The notes under the pieces are model-generated. The model was not told where the DNA came from and did not search any database. It was given only the letters and a program-made list of their open reading frames with translations. A DNA stretch of 63,734 nt, counting the filler, from Psammoneis japonica (taxonomy: Eukaryota), in NCBI GenBank assembly GCA_008632985.1. It is 3 parts of 3 records of this genome, joined end to end, with 100 filler letters (N's around TTAATTAATTAA, not from the genome) between each part and the next. Parts side by side here need not be neighbours in the genome. Positions count along the whole stretch, not along the records: positions 22,468 to 45,046 come from QPGO01000439.1; 2 more parts are not named here. The stretch is one strand, 5' to 3'. Below are positions 25,701 to 37,500 of this stretch, one piece after another. Position 1 is the first letter of the stretch. The number at the start of each line of letters is the position of its first letter. The translations under genes were made by a program, and so were the position numbers.

Positions 25701-26339
25701 GTGGACACCTTGCACATGCCCCACCGCAGTGTCTGGCACATCCTCTGCACCCAAGTCACCCCCATGCAAATTTCCTGCCTTGTTTTTCCAGCACCTCCCA
25801 GAATTTCAGTGCATGGCTCTCTGCCCGGCTTTTGGCACTCATTCTACATGAGCAATCATCTGCACATTTCACAACAGTGCATCCTCTCCCCAAACTGCAT
25901 TTGACCTGAGCATGTGCTGTCATGATCCACGTGTGTTCTACGTGAATCACAACTGACCTCTTGCCATGGCGGTCAACAACTTTACCCCGTCCCACAATGA
26001 GGTCGACCCTGATCCTTTCTTCCAATTTCCTGATGAGGTTGATTTTGATGACATGGAATGTTTTGCCAATGGTTTTGGAATGGAGTTGTTTGGTCCCAAG
26101 CTCAAAAGCACAACTGCAATGCGTGCATCCAAAAAGCAGTTTTTGGAGACAATGAAATGGACTCCCTCTCCGCAATTTCTCGCTCTTCCCTTCCTTTGCC
26201 ACAAGCCAAAGTTGTGTCGAATTCCACATGTTGCGGAAGTCATCCACACCAACAACATTGTCAGGAAAACTCTTGGATGCCCTTGCGTTTGGTCTTGCAT
26301 TAAGACTTGTGGTTGGTCCCTCAAGAAATCCTGCACATG

Positions 26340-27551
26340 CTGAAAGGTGTAGAGACAAAGGAGAAGTCGGTAACTTTCTCGGTGTCAAGATCGAAAAGCT
26401 CTCCGAGGGTTGATTTCTGCTCACTCAACCCGGTCTAATTGACAAGGTCCCACGTGCCGCACAGATGCAGGATTGCAATGGAGCATCTGCTCCAGCTCTG
26501 CCTGCCCCTGTTGGTGCCGACACGGACGGCCCACCTTTTGATGAACCTGCGATCATCGCTCAGTTGTTGGAATGTTGATGCACTTGGCAGCGAACAGCCA
26601 GCCAGACATTGCACATGCCACACATCAAGCAGCTCGATTTTCGTTTGCACCTCAAGCATCCCATGCTGCTGCAGTGAAGCGGATGCTCTGACACCTCAAA
26701 GCCACTGCTGCTGAAGGTCTCATTCTCAAGCCTGCGCAAGATCATCGAGTTGATTGTTGTGTTGATTCTGACTTAATGGGGTCATTTGGTGTGGAAGATG
26801 GTCAAGACCAGTTTCTGTCAAGTCAGGACTGGACACCTTGTCTACTGCGCCGGCTGCCCGCTTGTCTGGGTGTCCAAGCTGCAGACTCTTGCAGCATTGT
26901 CGACTGTGGAAGCGGAATGTGTCACACTTTCTCAAGCTGTGCGCGATCTCATCCCCATTCGTGAAGTTTTCAAGGAGCTCAACCACCACGCACTCGGAAA
27001 GTCTGGCCGCCAAAACCCTGTCACGACTCACTCCAAGGCTTTTGAGCTCGCAAACCAAGGCACCGATGACTCGCCTGTTGAGCAGAATGTCCTGCCTGCG
27101 TCCGTTGTGTACAAAGATAACTCCGCGTGCCTCAAGTTCGCATGCATGCCCAAGTTGTCTCCGCGAACCAAACACATCGGTGTCCCGCACCACTGGTTTA
27201 GGACCAAAGTCGAACAATTGGAGATCGACATCCAACCTGTCAGCACTCTAGAGCAACTGGCCAATCAGTTCACAAAGGGACTGCGGACCGATGAGTTCTG
27301 CACTGCTGGAAAGGCTCTCATGGGCTGGCAAGCTCTCTCGGTTGAGAGGGAGAGTCACGACTCAACGTCATTCTGGTCGCATCTCACGACTGCAACCCAG
27401 ACTCAGATTTTCTCTTCAAAAAACAGCTCATCACAAAATCGATTCAAACAGAAGCAATGACATTCGTTGTAATTTTCTGGACAACGACTTTGAACAAAGC
27501 GTCTGTTTGCCTCTGTTGCCATTCATGTTGCTGCCAACCTCCGAGGTCTCA
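26340..27551 (+). mobile_element. Second Ty1/copia fragment: RT end, RNase H, PPT and probable 3' LTR
   Basis: GEVGNFLGVKI..LTQPGLIDK; CVDSD; GCPLVWVSKLQT..ALSTVEAEC; DNSAC; PRTKHIGVPHHWFR; LANQFTKGL..LMGW; PPT gagagggag at ~27344-27352. The LTR end is uncertain. Confidence 0.88.
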
Positions 27552-28827
27552 TCCATCCTGCCAGCTGCAGGACTGCATCTCGACTGTCAACCGCGTTTGT
27601 TCGAGTCCCATGTTGAACTTGCGATTGTCACATGCGCACCTCGTGCAGCACAAAATGAGACAAGAACATCTGCGCATTGGTGCGCACTCACTTGCTTGCG
27701 GATGGAAACTGCTGTCACCGGTGTGGGTGGGGACGCCATGGAAATCACGCAGGTGCCACATTTTTAGAAAAACCAACCTCATTGCCCAAATGGACCATGG
27801 CGGTTGAGGTAACGGCCAAGGATCCCACCAAGCCCCATTTTGCCGCGTGCGCTCTTGGGCCAACAAACTGCACAGGTTCAATTTCTCTGTCGTTCTAAGA
27901 GCCGTTTGCCAGAAATGTGACCTGTCGATTTGCCGAGTTGGACCTTGATGACGATGATGGGCAAGAGTTGGACTGCTGGCATTGCTCAAGGGATGACAGG
28001 GAATTTACACAGAGCAGGAAGGGTGACAAAAAGGTAGACTTCATCATGCAGCACTTGAAAATGTGGCTCAATTTTGCCGTGAAAACGGCGTGGATCATTG
28101 TGCTGGGTTGATTTTTACACGGCGAAGCACAGCAAAAGTGAGAACAACACCATTTCTCGTTCTCTCCAACTGCACAGTCAGGTGACTTGGCAGACACATT
28201 GTTGGAGACGTGAGAGCTTCTGCTTTTAATGTTGGTCACCGTTGGGATCTCACAAAAGCCGCAACAACACTCCAAAACTGCAAACGACAGAGCTGGGCAT
28301 GGGGAAGTGGTCATGTCAGTTGGCCCAGGTGAGTGCACCACCGTTCCAAAACTCCTTGAGTTCCCCTTGTGACCCAGCTGCAATTGCAGAGGCCACATCT
28401 TCAAAACTTCTTCACTCATGCTTGCCACTCTGTGCGTTCTCCATCAGAGCGCGCAATGCAGTGATCATCACACATCTTTTCATTGTGATTTTTGTTCCTT
28501 TCATGGACAATTTTTTTATGGTTTCAAACCTCATTAGTTGTGTAGCTGGCAATGACATGTCAACCATGATAGATTGACATTTTTTGCTGTGGGATCAGAC
28601 CCCCCCTCCCCATGAGAAAAAATGTTTCACCATGAAACAGGGGCACGTTTTCCCTGTGAGAGTGCCCACCCTCTGTCCCTGCAAAACCTGTAAATTAAAA
28701 TCATTTGCATTGCACCATGAACATTCTATTTTGTTGTTTACATTTAAATTAAATGACGCCGATGGAGACAACACCCTGGAGTCTGCAGCAGTTGCAGCTC
28801 ACTTTCTTCAAGTGCCACTGCTTGCAG

Positions 28828-29470
28828 CCACCTTGTCATTTGCCAAAAAAGTGCAGAATGCGTTGTGAGAGTACAATGTGGATGAACTAACACCACCAAC
28901 AGGAACAGCAACATAGACTTGCCGGTGCATCCGGCACGCGCCGATTCTGGAGCAGGTGAGTTTGTAGCAGCTGCTGCAGTTCTCTTTCTTGAAGAGCCAC
29001 TGCCAGCACTGGCAGCCACCTTGTTCATTGTCGAACGGTGCAGAAAACATTGTGAGAGTACAACAAAGATGAACCAACCACAACCAATGGAGACGTCAAT
29101 GTGCAGACTTGCCTGTGTGTCCAGCGCCGCTGATTCCGGACCAGGTGAAGTGACACTGCTCTGATCCACCTTGTTCATTGCAAAGAAGTGCAAAATGCTT
29201 TGTGAGAGTGTACAGGACAACAACAGCAACCAATTGAAACCGCAACATGGACTTGCTGGTGCATCTGCCGTGGCCAATTCGGTCTTCTGCCGCCGGTTCC
29301 CGACCCCGCGAAGCCGATTCAGGACCATGTGAAGCAACATTGCTCTGATCCACCTTGTTCAGTGCAAAGAAATGTGTGACACTTTGTGAGAGTGTGTGGG
29401 ACAACAACAGCAACCAATTGAAACCTCAATGTAGACTTGCAGGTGCATCCGCCGCCGCGCCGATTCGGGA
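28828..29470. repeat. Four diverged ~150-190 bp tandem units
   Basis: Units start ccaccttgt(t)ca at ~28828, 29017, 29166 and 29351 and share tgtgagagt...acttgc..gtgcatc. A further pair lies at ~29640-29940. Confidence 0.7.
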
Positions 29471-30935
29471 GCTTCTGCTGCCGGTTCCCGACCCATCGAC
29501 ATGGAATTGGCAGCTGCTGCGGTTGTTGCAGTCACCCCCCTGCTGCTCTTGACCACAAACAGCGGAGAGACTTGGGAAGCCTTTAAAAATGAGCCCAACA
29601 ACTCAGGCAACCTCCAATGGGTTGCCTCCCCACTCTCTGCCTCTGCAGTCTTTCTGGATCTGGACACAGAAGTTGGAGAAGATGGATGCAACATAAGTGA
29701 ACACATCAAAAACAAATGAAGCTCTTTTTGTGCGTGCCTTCTTTGAAGAGTGTCATACATGGTAAAGAACTTTTCACATGTGTGATTCTGAGAGCTGCAG
29801 GAACAAGCACCGCCTGCAGTCTTTCTGGGTCTGGACACAGAAATTCGAGAAGACGGATGTGTTGTCAGCAAATGTGTCAAAAACCAACGAACCTCTTTTT
29901 GTACATGCCTTGTTTGGACAGTGTAATTCACGGCAACTTATGATGATTCTGGATGCAAAACTCTGACATGCGTGATTATAACAATGCTGCAGAAAAGTGA
30001 GTTTGTGACTTGCGTGCACACAACACACAACAACACGCCAGCAGCTCAGCATTCTGGACGCGGTAGATTCGTGACAGCACACTCGCGATCACAAAATTCA
30101 AGCTGCGCCCGAATAAAACCCCATCTTGACCAAAGAAGGATGGCAGGCATCACNNNNNNNNNNNNNNNNNNNNNNNNNNNNNNNNNNNNNNNNNNNNNNN
30201 NNNNNNNNNNNNNNNNNNNNNNNNNNNNNNNNNNNNNNNNNNNNNNNNNNNNNNNNNNNNNNNNNNNNNNNNNNNNNNNNNNNNNNNNNNNNNNNNNNNN
30301 NNNNNNNNNNNNNNNNNNNNNNNNNNNNNNNNNNNNNNNNNNNNNNNNNNNNNNNNNNNNNNNNNNNNNNNNNNNNNNNNNNNNNNNNNNNNNNNNNNNN
30401 NNNNNNNNNNNNNNNNNNNNNNNNNNNNNNNNNNNNNNNNNNNNNNNNNNNNNNNNNNNNNNNNNNNNNNNNNNNNNNNNNNNNNNNNNNNNNNNNNNNN
30501 NNNNNNNNNNNNNNNNNNNNNNNNNNNNNNNNNNNNNNNNNNNNNNNNNNNNNNNNNNNNNNNNNNNNNNNNNNNNNNNNNNNNNNNNNNNNNNNNNNNN
30601 NNNNNNNNNNNNNNNNNNNNNNNNNNNNNNNNNNNNNNNNNNNNNNNNNNNNNNNNNNNNNNNNNNNNNNNNNNNNNNNNNNNNNNNNNNNNNNNNNNNN
30701 NNNNNNNNNNNNNNNNNNNNNNNNNNNNNNNNNNNNNNNNNNNNNNNNNNNNNNNNNNNNNNNNNNNNNNNNNNNNNNNNNNNNNNNNNNNNNNNNNNNN
30801 NNNNNNNNNNNNNNNNNNNNNNNNNNNNNNNNNNNNNNNNNNNNNNNNNNNNNNNNNNNNNNNNNNNNNNNNNNNNNNNNNNNNNNNNNNNNNNNNNNNN
30901 NNNNNNNNNNNNNNNNNNNNNNNNNNNNNNNNNNN

Positions 30936-33532
30936 TCCCTCCCTTTCCATGTTTTGGGCTTGCATCAATCAAACCACGTTCAATCAAGACTTGCAGCAAT
31001 CCTTTGGGCTTGCCCACCCAACCAGGCACCATCTTCGGAACGGTCTTCTTTGTAGGAATGCCGGCTTTTTCGCAATCATCTTGCAAATCCTTTTTGGTTG
31101 TACCCTTGAGAACCGCACAGCTTGCATCATTTTGCTTCAGATCATTTTCTAGCTCTTCTCTGAGCTTGTCAACGGTCTTGATTTCGCTCGTCACGATGTC
31201 GTGCTTTCGTCGCTGTCGTTCTTCCGGAGCCATGAGGCCCTTCGTCTTCCTCCTGGAATGCCATTGCTTGTGTCTCACCACTTTGCAATCTGTGAGCATT
31301 GTCATGCTGTCCAATGCATTTGTCTGTGAGCCTGCTTGCTCTCATTTTGTATTTCCCACCCCAGCCCAGGTTCATCTTGTTAACCGACAAGCCGTCCTCC
31401 CTCTGCTTCGCATGGCCTGCCGAGTGATCAAAGAAAAATGCGTGCTCAAATTCTGGACACATTTCATCCAACACATCAACACAGTCTTCCAACTGTGTCA
31501 CCATGTGATTGTAGTTCCAACAGCCTTCGTCGTTGGAGCCGCACTCGAATTTCACCAGGAATGGGCTCTTCTCCAAGTCCTTCTTGTTGCTTGATTTCCT
31601 GGCTTCCTTTGCTGCTTCCTCGTCACTGCACTTGGTTCCACTTCTCTTTTCATTGACTTGCTTGAGCAGCTCCTTGTCGAGCTCACGCAACAAACCAAAC
31701 TTGCGAGATGTGAACAGAGACAGCATGGCACCTGGACCTTCGTCTTTCGGGACAAGAGCCGTCTTGCCATTGGGTCCCACCCACACCTTCTTACTCAACA
31801 GGAACTGTTTGTAGATGGCCTCATCTTGTCCCCACATGACAACAGGCTTTTCACCAGTGGGAAAGCGGAAACTCAGACAGCCGTCATGCTGCCTTGCATT
31901 CAAGTCGTCCGATTGCGCAATCACATCACGGAAACCGCTGTAGTCGTCCACATGAAACTCGACAAACACATTACCATCACGAGTGAATGCAGAGCTTTCA
32001 CCCCGACGCGGAACCAATGATTGGTTCATGAGCTCGGTCGCCTCGTCCAAGGGCAATTGAATCCACCGGCAGCACCTCTTCTCCAACTCAAGATGCTCCT
32101 TTGTAAACTTCTTGCGACACGACTTTGTGGCGGGCTTCTTGTGACCATCGACACAAAATCCTTTCATTCTGTTTGTGTGTCTAAATCCCAGGAGACGCAT
32201 CCAGCGTGCTGTTGTGGAAATAGAAAGTGAACGGAGTTTATGCTGTTTAAGAAACAAACTCTTGGTTTCTTCCTCAGCAGCTTCCTCTTCTGCACTAAGC
32301 GCGGGAGACTCACCCACAGAATCCACAGCTTGTTCAAAGTCTTCGTCATCCACCACCACGACGTCTTTCTTTGCATTTAGCATGAGAGCCAGTGTGATTT
32401 TTTGGTGGAGGTGCTCGTGCATCAATTCGACCAACAGTTCCTTCAAGTTTTTGATTGCATGTCGAGCAAAAGCATTCTTAACCTCAGGATTCTCGCTGAA
32501 GAAGGATGGAAGCTGTTGTTTGCCTCGGTTGTGGCTTTGAGGAAAGTGATCACCGGCGTCGGCCAAACGACGATGCCACCGCTGAACCGTCTGCCAGTTG
32601 GACACAGCCGTGATGCCATCTTCTTTCAGTCCAGTGACAGCATGTTGACAACACTCACCCCAACTCATGTTGCCTTCAATCTCATTTCCTTCACCTTTGA
32701 GATTGTCAAGCGCCGTCTGAAGCGCCACCATGATGCACAGCGCACGATGCCTCATGGCAACCTTCTCACAGTCGGCAGTCACATTGTTGTCATCCTGATC
32801 AGGCAACACAGATTTGCATCCTTGGGCATGGTTGACAACAGCTGATAGAATGTTGATTCCATCTTGTGCAGCCGCCTTTACATTGACATCAGATGGGTGA
32901 ACAGAGGGTGGAGCAAAGATGCGACGGGCTCGGGTGGAATCCCAACAGTCGAATTGTGGTAGATTGTCTTGCCTGGCAGACTCCAAATCTTCAATGGACA
33001 TGTTGTCATTTTCATTTTCATTTGAAGTGCGTTGCTTTTTCTTTGCTCGCCGTGCCTTCTCCATGTTCTGGATGTCGGGATCCGTCTCCGAATGCTCTGT
33101 GAGCATTTCTGCTCGTCGCACTGAGTCTCTCCCAATTTGCTTCCGGACTGCCCCACTTTGCAGCCAAGCTTCAACACTGTCATTCCCAGTTGTTGGAGGA
33201 CAAAGAAATCGGCTAGGAACCCCAGCAGCAACAAGAAAGAATGTGTGGTTTCCTCGTTTGCCATCAATCTGACAACTGCATTCTGTCTTGTGCAGACTCA
33301 CGCCATCGCCGACAATGTTGTTTGTTGTTGTCACGTTTGACACTCCAGCTTGGTTTTTGTGTGTCTTCTTTGTCTCTCTGCCCATCACACGGAGATCCTC
33401 ATTGGAAAAACCAAATTTAGCATTGCAATGTTCTGCCCAGAGGTCCACCGGCATCCAACAGCTATGAAGACGCTTGTCCCTGAAGACGAGTTGCACGTGC
33501 TTGGCAACGAATGAATTTCTGACGTCGCTCAT
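30936..33532 (-). pseudogene. Large DDE transposase, probably IS630/Tc1-mariner-related, frameshifted and running into the gap
   Basis: GFCVDGHKK, GQDEAIYKQ, PKDEGPGAMLS, EGCWN, FFFDHSAGHAK..DGL..MN..WGGK, then GWVGKPKGLLQVLIERG in the next frame. Confidence 0.72.
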
Positions 33533-33777
33533 TGTGATTTTTTATGTTGCGGGGTAGAGGGGGCTTCACTGATGTTTGTAGAAGGTCGCTCTATGCCGCA
33601 ACATGAAAAGTCATGGGTTTTGGGACAATGGTGAGCATCATCGTCGAGCGACCGGGTGCGTGATGATTCTCATGCTTTTTGTTTTCCCGCCAACAAAATG
33701 AAGTTCAACTTGGTGACGTGTTGTGCCAATTGCGCAGAAATCTGCTCCAAATTTCTGAGAGACGAATCCAGTCAATG

Positions 33778-34557
33778 GGATCTGTCACAACGAAAGTTGT
33801 GAAAACCGATTCTCAAAAATCCGGGTGCCGATTCTTAAGAATCTGATTTCCGTTGAACGCAAAATTCGAGCTCGACGTGCGTGCTCAACGGATGATTCAC
33901 AAGTTCCGCCGTCCTGTTTTCTTAAGAATCGAAGTTCGATTCTTGAGAACAGCTGTCACTGATTCTCATGAAAACTCCCAGTGTGTCATTCATTCACTGG
34001 TTTAAAATTACAACATCACGCACATTCAATCATTGAAGAATGCATGTGAATGTAAAGCGATTTTCGCACCGACTTCGAAGCTGTGAACGACAATGGCGTC
34101 TTCGACGCAAGAAGCAACACCATTCAAGACATTGCGATAAATGCTTCAACCTTGTTCGACATCACTTAGTTGCAACACTTGTGAGAGTCTCACTGTGCTT
34201 TGAAAGCCGCTCTGGAGTCGAAAAAACCGTCAAAACACTCGTGCGCCGATGTTGTTGTTGTGCTCTTTCAACCGAAAAAGCAATGAAGAAGCCAACTCTT
34301 CTCAGATTTTTCGATTCATTAACATGTGAGCCATTGAGATGCAACACATGGTTGATTGTTGGGACTGTTGATTGACTTCTCGTGACAATGATCGCCATTT
34401 TGACTTTGGATTCATGTGACAGATTTTTCACAAGAATTCCCTTTTCACAAGATTCCAATTCGTGGCACGAGCTCCGATTCTCAAGAATCGATTTTCACAA
34501 GATTCGGTCTCTGATTCTCAAGAATCGTCGATTCTCAAGAATTGTCGCAACAGATCC
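33778..34557. mobile_element. ~780 bp MITE with subterminal GATTCTTAAGAATC palindromes
   Basis: Ends ggatctgtcacaac / gtcgcaacagatcc. Flanks atg/acg (possible 3-bp TSD). Palindrome is perfect at 33830-33843, with several variants near both ends. Confidence 0.7.
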
Positions 34558-37500
34558 ACGTGAATCATAACAGCACGCGCTCTCGTTTTTCAAACTTTGG
34601 GGTGAGGGTGCACTGTTGTGAAATGTGTGGAAAATTGCACATGCAAACATGTGCTGAAAACGCCGTAGACCAACGGGCTGTGCAAAAGTGAAGAAAAATG
34701 AAGGTGGGTCACGTGCGTGCGTGAAGTGCTGCAGACTGCACACGTGCAAAGACACACACACGTGAGTGAGGAGGACAAAGTTAAAACCAAGTTCAAATTG
34801 ATTGTGTACGATCAAAAGGAAACCAAACCATGCACAACAAAAAATAGATTTTGATCCTAATTTAAATAAACATCACATGCATTTGATTGAAGCTTGTGCA
34901 AGAAAAGTTAACGAGACATCAGATAAAATGCAAAAAACAGTTTCATTTTGTCAAGCACTTTTGCTGGCATTTTTTAAGTTCTGCTTGTTGACAATTTTAA
35001 CAATGCACACTCAAAATTTTACAAAGGAAAGTGGAAACCACTGCATTGCTGCCTCTGATGTCCTGTGATCATCTGGCACACTTTTCGCTGTGAAAACTTT
35101 CCATGTCACAGAACAGCATTGTTTTGAAACATGTCAGGCTCCTTTGCATTTTTTACATGAAAGTCTTGTCAACACACAGTCAGCTTTTTGATCAACATGT
35201 TCCCTTTTTTCACCTCACTTGTGCAAACATCTTGCGCACAAGGACACACAGTGATGTGTGCTTCAGTCATGTCAATCAAGCTTCTGTTGTGTGTCAATTG
35301 TGTGCTGTTGCATGCCTCACTTCATCAATCAATTGCGGTTGCATGCATGGTGCATTGCAGACCTCAAGGAACAGAACAAACTGGCCTGTGGTGCTGCCAA
35401 ACTAAATCAAGACCCTGCTGCACTCCACCCACAATCATTCAGAAATGGAGCCCATTGGCACACGCACCCCGTTGAGGGTTGTGAATTGGTCACACCCTTT
35501 TGAGGGCTGCTCTTTTTGGCTTTCAACCAACACCCCTCTGACCCAAGTTCCCAAGCTTTTGTGTGCACATCTGTCCTCTGTGCACAAAGATTGCACTTTT
35601 CTGTGTAAGTTCCTGTTGATGGTTTCTGCTTGGAATTCTGCACAAAATTTGTGCCGAAAACTTGTCACCATGACAAATCCTCTGCTGCCACAGGCCAGCC
35701 ATGCCGGTGACCCTCAGCCAGATCCACCACCTGATGTTGATGATGCTCCACCCACTCCCACCAGAGCTGGATCCGGAAAACCCAAAAGCACCATGCTCAA
35801 AGAGATTGCCGTCCGTTTTGAATTGACCTCATCGGACGACAACACATCCACGGTGTCAGCCATGGGTCATGCCACAATCCTCAATGCTCTCCAACAGAAA
35901 GCCTCACAAGATCCGTTGATGAATCAGATGACAATTGTGTTGAACCGTGGTCTTAAAACACCCAAAATCAACGTTGTCGAGTTGACTTCCGGTCTCACTC
36001 ATTCTCAACATTTCGTCGTGCACTGCATGGGTGGATCACGCCGTTGTTCTCCAATGTTTGTCATTGCACACAGAATCCGCACATCCTTGTCAATTGCCAA
36101 TGTCAGGAATGTCCCTTTCATCAACAAAGCATTGAAAGACAATGGCACCCACATGCACCACCACCACTGGGACGAGACCATCGTTGATTTGGCACAAGTG
36201 GCTCCACTTGTTGACCCACTCCCAAAGCATTGCCCCAAAGATGTGGCTCAAAAATTGTCAATGGTCCTTCTCCCTCAACGCAGCCGCTTAAAATTGCCTG
36301 TCAGGTTGGCAGTTCAGTCGGCTTCATCACTGGCAGATCAATCTCTTCGGACTAATTTCCATGCCATCGAAACTCCCCATGATCAAGCAAAAGATGTGAT
36401 TCACGCCTCATTGGAGGTGTTGAAAGAACATCCTCTTGCGTTGGTCTTGTCCCGCTGGCGTCATTTGCAACCAGAAGCTTTTGACAAAGCAGCCCACAAA
36501 CAACATAAAACGAGTGCCAAGACCCACATCACACCGGCATTGCATCACATTGAAGCCCACTTTTTGCCTGACAGGTGCAATTAAAGAGGTGCCAGGAGTC
36601 CTGGACGTGGTCCCATTGAAGAAACCATCCATTGTCCAGAGGTGCGACATTCTTGTGGACAAGGATTTGTTCCATCAAGCCAAGCACTGCATTGCAGAAC
36701 ATCTTCCAGAGTGGTTTGAAGCCATTGCAGCAGAGGCAGGCATCCCTGATGCCCAACCCAAACCCATGATCCCTGGCATTGGTGATGACATGTCAGACAG
36801 GGTTCAATCCATCTCTTCCACAAGCATTCAGAGTTGGGCGTCTCTAGACATTTCAGACATTTCTCCAGCAGCTTCCATCGCTCCTCCTCAATCAACAGAA
36901 TCCAAAGGTCCTCCAGTCCCAAAAAGTGTCGGAGTGAATGCAGGTTTTCCCATGCATTCCCAGGTGTTGCAGAATGAGCCTGGAGCAGTCATCCCTGGTG
37001 CCATCCCCATGTCGGATGTGATGAACCAGTCTGCGTAAATCGCCAAATTACAACAGCTTGTTTGTCAAAACCAACAAGAACAAGAAAAACGTTTTGCAGC
37101 CCTAGAACGGAAGCACCAAGAATCAATTGCGGCGCTGTCCACCCAGTCACAGCAAGCAGTGGCCACACAATTACAAACCACTCTCACAGCCCAGCTGCAA
37201 ACGACGATTCAAGAGACGTTTGCATCTGTGGTTCCAAACACACCAGTTTCTCCTCAGCGCAAGAAGCAAGCTGTGTTGGTCCCTGCAGCCCCCTCCTCTC
37301 ATCATCCTCCCAGGGATGCAACTGTGACAGACACGGATGACTCAGATTTTCTTTGAGGCAGGCCCAGTTGTCTCACCTGCCTCCACTGCATGATGCAGAC
37401 GCAAGTCTTCAAAAGCCTTCCTTCAAGGAAGCGCGGCCTCCGAATGAGGGGTGATGCCCCTTCGTCTGCAGTTAATCCCACTGCACAGCAGTGGACCCAG

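Noticed and set aside
25918..26340. Possible 5' LTR of the plus-strand Copia (tgtcatga...)
   Set aside because: I could not align it to the sequence after the PPT.
29972..31055. Long ORFs spanning N-runs (also 48835-49368)
   Set aside because: Their length comes from unknown bases.
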